From NCBI RefSeq assembly GCF_009914755.1, contig NC_060931.1: DNA of 64,000 bases. One strand, 5' to 3'. This stretch comes from the human T2T-CHM13v2.0 reference genome, Homo sapiens. Below are positions 55,721 through 64,000 of this stretch, piece by piece. A program made the translations under genes and the position numbers. The notes beneath the pieces were generated by a model. The model made no database searches, was not told the origin of the DNA, and was given only the letters and a program-made list of their open reading frames with translations. Each line of letters starts with the position of its first letter. Positions within the stretch are counted from its first letter, which is position 1.

Positions 55721-56619
55721 GCCATAACTATACTGAAAAATAGCTCTAGACCCAGTTACCTATCTTGGAATGAGCAGATCTTATTCTCCTGAAAAAATGC
55801 TGTATACGACCAAAACTTTTGTTAACTAGTATGGATTTATACCCACAGCCAGGAAGGCATTATGAGAGAAAACAATAATAAAATCAGACAGTTTGAGTGC
55901 TTTTCTGTGGCTCCCCCTTGGACAATCTCTTTAAAAACAGCAATTCCTTTGACTTTTGACCTCAGCAATCTCCTATTTTTGAGCCAGTCTTCCCCCATCT
56001 CACATCCATCATTGTAAAATATGTCAAAATGAGTGAAAACATGGATTTCATCTCCAAGAAGTTTTCTTGTGAAACTTAAACAGAAAAGATTCTAGTCCAT
56101 ACGGGCTCCAGCCTCCCCCAACTATCACCATAGACTTCCCACATCACTGCAGTCAGCTTAACGTAAATTCTTAGGAGAACCATGTCAGTCTCTGTTAATA
56201 AACATGGTTCCAGCACACAAATTCAATTGCATTATGAAATCTAATATGTCAAATGGCAAAACCATAACACACAAAGTTCATGTAATCAGAATATTAAACA
56301 ACTGTCACTCAGTTGTAATACTTTCAATTCCGCAACAGCAAATGGCTCCATTAATAAGTAAAGCAGCAGGATTCAAATGGCTTTCTGCTCTTATCCGCCT
56401 GGGGCTCCACCACCACACCAAGGTGGTTTTAGGAGTCAAACTTGATTCCAGGAAAAGATCTGCCCTGAAAAAAAGGGGAAAGAAACTAACCCTATAACAT
56501 TTCAAGCCAGAAGTGTAACCATTTGCCAATTGCCTTCTTTTACTCGCCAGATACTGTACCTCTGCCCAGTTGAGTGTCAAGTCTTTAAGACTGCAGAGGT
56601 GAACTGGAACCCTTCAATA

Positions 56620-57315
56620 TGAGACTTGTTCTGTACACCATGTCCACAGCAGCACTATTCACAATACCCAAAACGTGAAAACAATCCAAGTGGACATAGA
56701 TCAACAGATGAATGGATAAGCAAAACCTGGCACGTTCATACAATGGAATACTATCCCAGTGAAACATTACTCAGTCTTAAAAAGGAACGAAGTTCTGACT
56801 TTTTTGGATCTTACTAATATTGCACTGGAATTTTGCATAAATCTTTTTAAGCCCAATTTAAACCACCTATGAGCCCAAAACAAGTCTAACCTCACTAAAT
56901 TATAAATTGTTGAAGCATCCTGGATGAGGCTTAATTTGATTCAGATCTAAGCTAAGTGCAGAGCCAAAAATCACATTCCCACCTTTTTAAGTGCAATAAC
57001 ATGGATGAAGCTTGAAGACATTAGGTTAAGAGAAATAAACAAGACACAAAAGGACAATATTGTATGATTCTGCTTATATAAGATACGTAGACTAGGCAAA
57101 TTCATAAAGACAGAAAGTAGAATAAAGGCTACCAGGGTCTGAGGGTAAGGGGGAATGGAGAGTTTTTATTAATGGGTACAGAGCTCCAGTATGAAATAAA
57201 AAATTCTGGAAATTTATAGTGGTGATGGTTGTATAACACTATGAATGTACACTTAAAATGGCTAAAATGGCCACTTTTATGTTATATATATTTTATAATT
57301 AAAAATTAGAAAAAT
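56620..57315 (+). mobile_element. L1MB 3' end, interrupted by the 190-bp element
   Basis: CAGCAGCACTATTCACAATA..AACAGATGAATGGATAAGCAAAA..AAAAGGAACGAAGTTCTGAC, then resumes TGCAATAACATGGATGAAGCTTGAAGAC. Confidence 0.9.
56801..56990 (+). repeat. Unassigned ~190-bp element, copy 2
   Basis: TTTGGATCTTACTAATATTGCACTGGAATTTTGCATAAATCT... matches copy 1. Confidence 0.92.
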
Positions 57316-58185
57316 AAGGCTTGAAAGATCAAACATTTGGGATAAAAAGAACTGCAACTTAAACTATACTGTGTAGCACACTTCTATCCTTCTGCAATAC
57401 TTTCTTCATCTTTTCTGTCTTCATTAGCAGAACCTCTTGAAGACTCCACATAGTATCTCTTATTTTGCAAATAAGAAGACTAAGACTTGTAATAAATTGT
57501 TCAAGTGTACCCCCAGATTGGCACTAGAATGTGGATGCCCTGGTTTCCATCCTTTTAGCCAATGACCTGTATCCCCTAACTTCAAGGTTATGAGACACTT
57601 ACCTTATGCTATAAAGAAAGAATATGTGTTCCTAATTTAAATTTTATTTCTCTGCTTTCCATGCAGCCAAAGTCCACAGAGTGAAGGCACCCTGCCATGC
57701 ACATATCAAATGCTCAGTAAGCAATTTTTCATCATCATTAAAAGCAATTTATTACTCACATATCTGTTACCAAGAAAGACAGTAATCATCTAGAGAGAGA
57801 CATAAAAACAACCAGATGGAGATTCTTGATTTTGTTATTTGATGAAATACATAGAAAATGATAATTCCTTAGCAACGGATTATTAGAAAATAAAAAAGAT
57901 GATTAGGGGCATGGATGATTCCTAAAGAGATCATTGATGATCCACAAAGATCAGAAAGCATGTGAATTTAAGGTTTATTATCCAAATCTATTTTTGACAG
58001 CTCTTTAAGGCTGAAGAAGTGTTAGCTAATAAAGTAACATTAGACTTGCTGATGTGGGAAGGTTTTAACGTCTGGTTCTCACTCAATGAAACATGAGTTT
58101 CAGAACTCCATATATTCCATTTACCCAGACCTCCAAAAGAAAGTCTTTTCTAAGGTCAATTATAACACCTCCAGATGGACCAGAG

Positions 58186-58350
58186 CAGCATTTCCCAAAG
58201 TGTCCGCCAGGGAATTTGAGTGCTAAAAGATGTACCTCAAAGAAAAAAAAAAATTTCTGTGGTCAATTAAGTTGGGAAATTCTGCTAAACAAAATCGCCC
58301 ACTTGAAGATGTACTTTACACTTCAGCATTTTAACATCTCTCTTTTCTGT
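58186..58350. mobile_element. MER103C-like hAT-Charlie fragment
   Basis: CAGCATTTCCCAAAGTGT..TTCTGTGGTCAATTAAGTTGGGAAA. Confidence 0.65.
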
Positions 58351-58369
58351 GAAAGTATCAGCCACTCCT

Positions 58370-58665
58370 CACCTTTGCCATGCTTCCATGTGGGAGGAGT
58401 GTACTTCCTGGCCCATCAGGAAGCTTGGCCAAGGGACTCGCCTTAGCCAATGGAATGAGAGCAAATGTACACCACATCTAAGCAGAAGCTTTAAATGTAC
58501 TTGAATCGTTTGGGTCAACCTCTTTGTTCCTACCCTCTGCTATGAGAAGAGTGTTCCAGAGAGGGGCTGCTCCTCCAGCCTACATCCTGGGATGGAAAGA
58601 AATGTGGAGCTCAGCAGAGCCCAAAGCAAGCCAGAGCTGACCTACAGAACTGGAAACCAGAAGTA
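58370..58665 (+). mobile_element. MLT1I/J-like LTR fragment
   Basis: GCCAATGGAATGAGAGCAAATGT..AGCAGAAGCTTTAA..GGGGCTGCTCCTCCAGCCT. Confidence 0.7.
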
Positions 58666-58949
58666 ATGTCAGGAGAGGCTTTCCCATCTGAAAGATAATG
58701 AAACACCTGCTATTCCTGAGGAGTCCACTAGAGGATGAGACTCATCCAGCCATCCAACCGAGAGATAAGTGGGGAAACTTTGGCAAAAGGACTGTTGGTG
58801 AGTATTTAATATATATGATTGTAGAGCTAGGATTAAACTAAGGGTGAGAACATGAATAAGTATGCAAATGTTATAGTTCTGACATAATAGGTGGATTGAT
58901 ATTGTTGGGAGCCAGGGTTGGTTCTAACTGTAAAGAAAAGAATTAAAAA

Positions 58950-59760
58950 AGGAGTGGGGACAGCAAGGGAGGGCTTTATGTGATTAGATTGGACTTGGAA
59001 GTGTCAATATAAACTCATGACGTCATTAAAATTTTTTTATTTTTTTTGCATCCTAAAAGCAATGACATTCCATTTAGCTGTGAGCACACCTGGCACCCCA
59101 GTCTTAGTTTATAAATACCATTGCTAACTGAAAGGAGCCAGGGATCTTTGGAGAAATGGTTGATTCCAGGGCTGGGGTGGTGAAGGTAAAGATGAGTCTG
59201 GAACATTTTGCCTTGCAAGAAAGTTAAAAAGGTGCCCACAAAAATGATAGCAATATGTCAATAGAACACAGAAGTCAACCTGAAAGGGTTCCCACTGGCC
59301 AAATGTGGGGCAATTTAAGCATCAAAACAAAAGGATTAGGCCAGGCATGGTGGCTCATGCCTGTAATCCCAGCATTTTGGGAGGCTGAGGCTGGCAGATC
59401 ACCTGAGGTCAGGAGTTCAAGACCAGCCTGGCCAACATGGCGAAACCTCATCTCTGCTAAAATTACAAAAAGTAGCTGCACATGGTGGCGCACGCCTGTA
59501 ATCCCTGCTACTAGGGAGGCTAAGACACAAGAATCGCCTCAACCAAGGAGGCAGAGGTTGCAGTGAGCCAAGATCTCACCACTGCACTCCAGCCTGGGCA
59601 ACAGAGCAAGACACTGGCTCAAAAAATAAATAAATAAAAAACAAATTGATTAAAATTAATTTAATAAAATAGTAATCTAAGAGTGAATTATTTCAAAACA
59701 AAGAAAAAGAGAAAAAAAGAAAATCCATCCTTAAAAATGGATACAGACCAATAAAGCTGA
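58950..59760 (+). mobile_element. L1MC (L1MC3/4-like) 3' UTR fragment, interrupted by Alu
   Basis: GAGCACACCTGGCACCC..AAAGGAGCCAGGG..GAGAAATGGTTGATTCCAGGGCTGGGG..CCCACTGGCCAAAT. Confidence 0.8.
59339..59640 (+). mobile_element. AluSx-like
   Basis: GATCACCTGAGGTCAGGAGTTCAAGACCAGCCTGGCCAACATGG; TSD AAAACAAAAGGATTA / AAAACAAATTGATTA. Confidence 0.94.
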
Positions 59761-61034
59761 AAGGAATGGACGCACTCTGGATCTAAGCCTCCCTCACACC
59801 TCTTCTCCAGGCCACCTTGTCCAGGTCACAGTCTACACACTTGTATGCACCGGCCCTGGGGAGTGGAAAGAAGCATGCTTATCAACCAGAAGTGTCTAAA
59901 AAAGAAAGACTTCTCAAGAGAACTTTTTCCAGTTAGAGGAGCCAAAAATAAATAAATAAATATAGAAGACATAAAAATAGAGCAATGGAGTAACAGAATA
60001 AGAAGTGGTGATAAGACCCAGTGACAGGAACATGGAGTCCCAGACCTGCTGACAACAGAGCAGGGAGCTCATAACAAAGAAACAGAAGACAGTTCTGCAA
60101 TTCCACAGCCCTTGAAACCACAGAGCAAGAAAAACAATTACGCAGCATGAGTTGCCATCACTTTCTGTCTTGAAGCATCACAGATATCAACCATTGATAT
60201 CGATCGTGGAGTTCTTCCCTACTGCTCCTGGATGCATCCTCAGGATCTTTCTCAACACTACAATCTGCTGGCTTTTCATCCAAGGCAAAGGACATCTTCT
60301 CCACATGTATAAGAGTTTTATAACATTGAGGGTAGGAAGTGACCTCTAGTGCTGGGTCTCAATTCAGCATCCATGTTGGTGACAGACCTAAACTAGGGAC
60401 CTTTACAATAAAAGAGTAGAGAACATTTTGGTATATGTGCTGCCAAAGCAAGCAAGAGTATAGAACATTTTAGAGTTTTTCACCCAAGTAACTATGCTAA
60501 TTTTAACAATTACAGCAAACTGGTGCCTTAAAGGTTAATTCCTTCCCAGCTATAAAGAATTCTTTCTCTAAGCAGTCCATAAAACTTAAATTTAACTATG
60601 GAATGCCAGAACAAGCATGGTTAACTTTTACTAAATCTACCTGTGGCACTGGGAGTTTTTAATGGTCATACTTAAACCAAATGTCAATCAAAAGCGTTTA
60701 CACCTCCATTTAAGAATTAGCAGTTTAGATTGTAAGGCTCCAAGGGAAATAAAATTCCACCAGTTTTCCCATGATCCCTAAAGTCACAGGAGGCGGGAAC
60801 TTTTAGCTAAGAACATGAGTATCTTAGAGAAGTAGAATGAGAATGATGCAGAAAAGTTTTAAAAGTTTTTATAATAAGGGAAGGGTATAGCCCTGTTTCT
60901 CTCAAGCCCAGATTTCTAGGCCTCAAAGCCCACACATATTTGTACAGCTTCTCTAGGACTACAGAATCTCCTACAAAACATTTAATTTGGTGGCTTAATA
61001 TGAAAATCATCCTTCAGCATACATTAATCTAGGG

Positions 61035-61254
61035 TAGGGATCTGCAAACTCTTTCTGTAAAGGGCCAGATAGTAGATTATTTTCAGCTTTGCAGGCCATA
61101 CAGTCTGTCCAACAGCAACTCTGCTGTTGTAGAAGGAAAGCAGCCATATACAATATATAAACAAGTGAACATGGCTGTGTTCCAATAAAACTTTATTTAC
61201 AACAAGCAGGCATGGAGCTGGATTTGGGCCACGGCCACAGTTTGCTGAACCCTG
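61035..61254 (+). mobile_element. MER58A hAT MITE, near full length
   Basis: GCAAACTCTTTCTGTAAAGGGCCAGATAGTA..GGCTGTGTTCCAATAAAACTTTATTTAC..AGTTTGCTGAACCCTG. Confidence 0.92.
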
Positions 61255-62419
61255 GTCAGTTTGCAGAGCATCAAGCGCAGCTGAGTTGCAAACTGGTTTT
61301 CCAGATGCAGCTGCCAACTTCCACCTCACCCATGATATGAAACCTTTCCTTCTGGTGGTTCCTAACATGCCTTTGTTTTAAAATCCGAGGGGATGTTCAT
61401 GTACTAATGGATACATCACTGCCTCCTCTTATTTACAAAGTATTGTGGGGACTACTGGGATTTAGCTTACTAGCAACCTCTCAGCATAAGCAGAGCCAGG
61501 AGGCTCCACTGAAAAGACTCCTAATGTACAATTAAAATGTCATCACTGGAGATGCTTTTTTGCACCCTGCACTTGAGTTTGCTGGAAAAGTTCATATTTG
61601 CCTTTTCATTCCTCACCCTGCATTCTGATGGCTTCAGGCCTTTAGCATGGGCCATATTTAAATTGTCAAGAGATGTCAACAAATTGTGAGGGACAGCCTC
61701 ACACTGGCAGCAATTACTACACGGCAATAATCAATGGGAGTCTTTTGTTAGCACTGCAGACTCACCATTGACTCAGGAAGTAAGTGTCCCAGTGGTTTAA
61801 GTGAAAGCTGAAATGGACAAGCAGTTTCACCTTAGCTGCTCAAAAGCCACAGACATACGCTTGCCCCATTAATTATTCCTACCCAAAAGACAGGGGCTGT
61901 TACCGTCCACTGTCTGCTGTCTGCTAAGGAGAGGGGGTGGCCAGAGACTCACAGACATTCTATTTACGGTGCCAGGAAATGCATCCTTCTTGCTTTCCGA
62001 GAAAGGATGATTGCCTTATTCCACTGTGATTCCTTCTATAAATAGGTAAAGGTCACATGTGGAAATGGAGAGTTTTCAAACTTTGCTCATGCTTTTTGAT
62101 TTCAGATATTATATTTATCTGGCACAATGACCTGATGAATTACTCTAATGTGGAAGAAATGCCCTTTGTGACCCACAACGCCCATATTGACTTGCTCTTC
62201 TGTCTTGCATTTTTAATTTTTACACTTTTCTTGCTTTAAAGTCACATGCCTTGTACAAAAAAAATCTAGAGCTGGAAGTTGAAGTAAAATCCACTCAGAT
62301 CATTTTCTGACCCTAATTTCCATAAAAAATACATGTACCTACAGTCATTTTTTTCAAGGAAAATGGAGTAAAAATACCATTCCCACTTGATATCACCTTT
62401 TCTGGATTTGCCCATATTA

Positions 62420-62700
62420 TTCACCTAGTTAAATGCCACCTCCTCCAAGAAGCCTCATCTCATGTACAAGGTACATACAATCTCTCTTGACTCTGACCTT
62501 CCATAGGAATTTCCTGCACCTCTGCAACACCCGCATTTTCAGACATGCCTTCGTGCCTTGATATGCGCATGCCTCAGCCTCACCACTTCATCCCCACCCC
62601 TCGAGAGCAGGATCCAGGTCCCGTTCATCTTCAGTCTCCACAGGGTCCGGGACAGTGCCTCAAATGATGTAAGGGCTCAATAAATGCATCATGAATAAAC
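62420..62700 (+). mobile_element. L2 3' end
   Basis: AAATGCCACCTCCTCCAAGAAGCCT..ACAGTGCCT..GCTCAATAAATG. Confidence 0.7.
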
Positions 62701-63107
62701 AAAGTAGCTCCTGCTTCTGTCTCTGAGACTCAGGGGACCACCAAAAGCAAAAATATTTGGCATTATAAGTCATGACATTATTGCATGGGTTTGCCCTGTA
62801 ATGACAATTAGAAGAATGCAAAAGGCCTTGGCTTCCTTGATAAAAAGAAAAATTCAGACAAAAATTCAATGTCAGACTTTTCTATGGAGTTTATGAACAG
62901 GAGTAGATCAAAGAAAGCCTTAATGAGCTGAATTCCGGGGAGAAACTATGTTACTGCAGATAGGAAAACAGAACGCCATTTGCACAATGATCTTGAATTA
63001 TCATCTTGCTTGTACACAGTAGGTTCCTACATTCAGAGCAGCCATGGATCTAAAGTCAGCTAGAAGATGGCCAAACAATGGTTCCTCTGGTCTCCTCCTC
63101 GGCAGCT

Positions 63108-63121
63108 CCAGCAGAGGGCCC
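63108..63121 (+). promoter_or_regulatory. Candidate CTCF site
   Basis: CCAGCAGAGGGC matches the core CCASYAGRKGGC. Confidence 0.5.
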
Positions 63122-63809
63122 TCTGCACACTGGGTCATTTTTCTCACCCTCTACAGCATCCTCTCAGAGGAGATTTCCCACCAAATTCCATAGGATGGAA
63201 AGCCGGCATGCTGCCTTGGGATGAGAACAGATAATGATGGATGAGGCCAGTTTCCAGTGAGACTTTCATTGAGGAAGTTTGCTTCTGAGCACTGACACTT
63301 TCTCCCCTAGATCGCTGAGTAGCGCTATTCCATGGGGGCCCCCAAGAGATGGAAAGAACATCCTGTTGGAGGAATGTTTCCCATTTAGAAACTGGCTTTG
63401 TGCAGAGGTAATTATGTCCTAAGGTAAATTTTAAATATAAGAAAGGACAGCCATTTCCATACATGAAATTACACCATTTAACTTTATAGCCATCTCTTTC
63501 CTCAAGCAGTTAAGTCAATTTTTAGATGAAGGGCTTGACTGTCTATTTTTACTACATGTAATTCGGTGTTCTGTAACTTTCACAGCTATTGCTCTTCATT
63601 GCTATGTGAAAAATCATGGCGATTATCAGGCATGTAGTTTCAGTCATTCAGTCATATCTACAGGGTCTGAGGATTTATGACAGGAGGAAGATACTTCCTT
63701 CCCAACAGGGTTTGTGGTAAATCGATTCCAGGGGCCACTGGACTGCAGGAAGTCTTTGTGATGTTTTCTGCGGTGCATGGGTTTGGCATAATCTGAATTG
63801 AGAGTTATT

Positions 63810-63905
63810 ATTTCTGAATTGGAATGTGTATTAAAAGTTTGCCCTTCTCTGGATCAGCTCACAAATCTGTAAAATGGAAATAGCAATGTTTACTTATGTC
63901 ACACG
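63810..63905 (+). mobile_element. MIR fragment
   Basis: CCCTTCTCTGG..CAG..ATCTGTAAAATGGAAATA. Confidence 0.5.
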
Positions 63906-64000
63906 AAAAGCTGCAGGTTTCAATTGAAATTTTTATCTTATAATTATAAACTGAGACTGAGTGGTAACAGGGTATTGTTATTATAACAATAACCAAAACA

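Noticed and set aside
55531-56990. Protein-coding or DGR template/variable-repeat explanation for the 190-bp duplicate
   Set aside because: One minus frame shows 14 synonymous of 35 differing codons, but the mismatch phase split (20/13/11) is not convincingly biased and that frame has shared TAA stops plus private stops. Mismatches are not confined to adenines, and no intact reverse transcriptase lies nearby.
58724-58740. CCACTAGAGGATG partial CTCF motif
   Set aside because: Lacks the conserved GGC at the 3' end of the core.

Overview
Primate (human-like) non-coding genomic DNA, roughly 40% GC and CpG-depleted, either intergenic or inside a large intron. I find no convincing protein-coding gene, RNA gene, CpG island or CRISPR array; the supplied ORFs are mostly chance ORFs or come from Alu, L1 or microsatellite sequence. 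About half the window is recognisable interspersed repeat: Alu J/S/Y, MIR, L1 fragments of several ages, L2, an L3/CR1 remnant, ERVL-MaLR solo LTRs (MLT1/MST) and hAT MITEs, with several nested insertions whose target-site duplications (TSDs) are still readable. Subfamily names were assigned by eye from remembered consensus motifs, so they and most boundaries are approximate. The most unusual structure is a ~190-bp sequence I cannot assign to any repeat. It occurs twice, 1270 bp apart (55531-55720 and 56801-56990), with ~77% identity and no gaps, and the second copy splits an L1MB 3' end without a clear TSD. Other leads: a cluster of three perfect NF-Y boxes, two CTCF-like sites, a perfect nuclear-receptor palindrome, a CpG-retaining unique segment with a 98-codon ORF, and several DNA-repair/duplication scars. 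I cannot support a claim of a new multi-component biological system.
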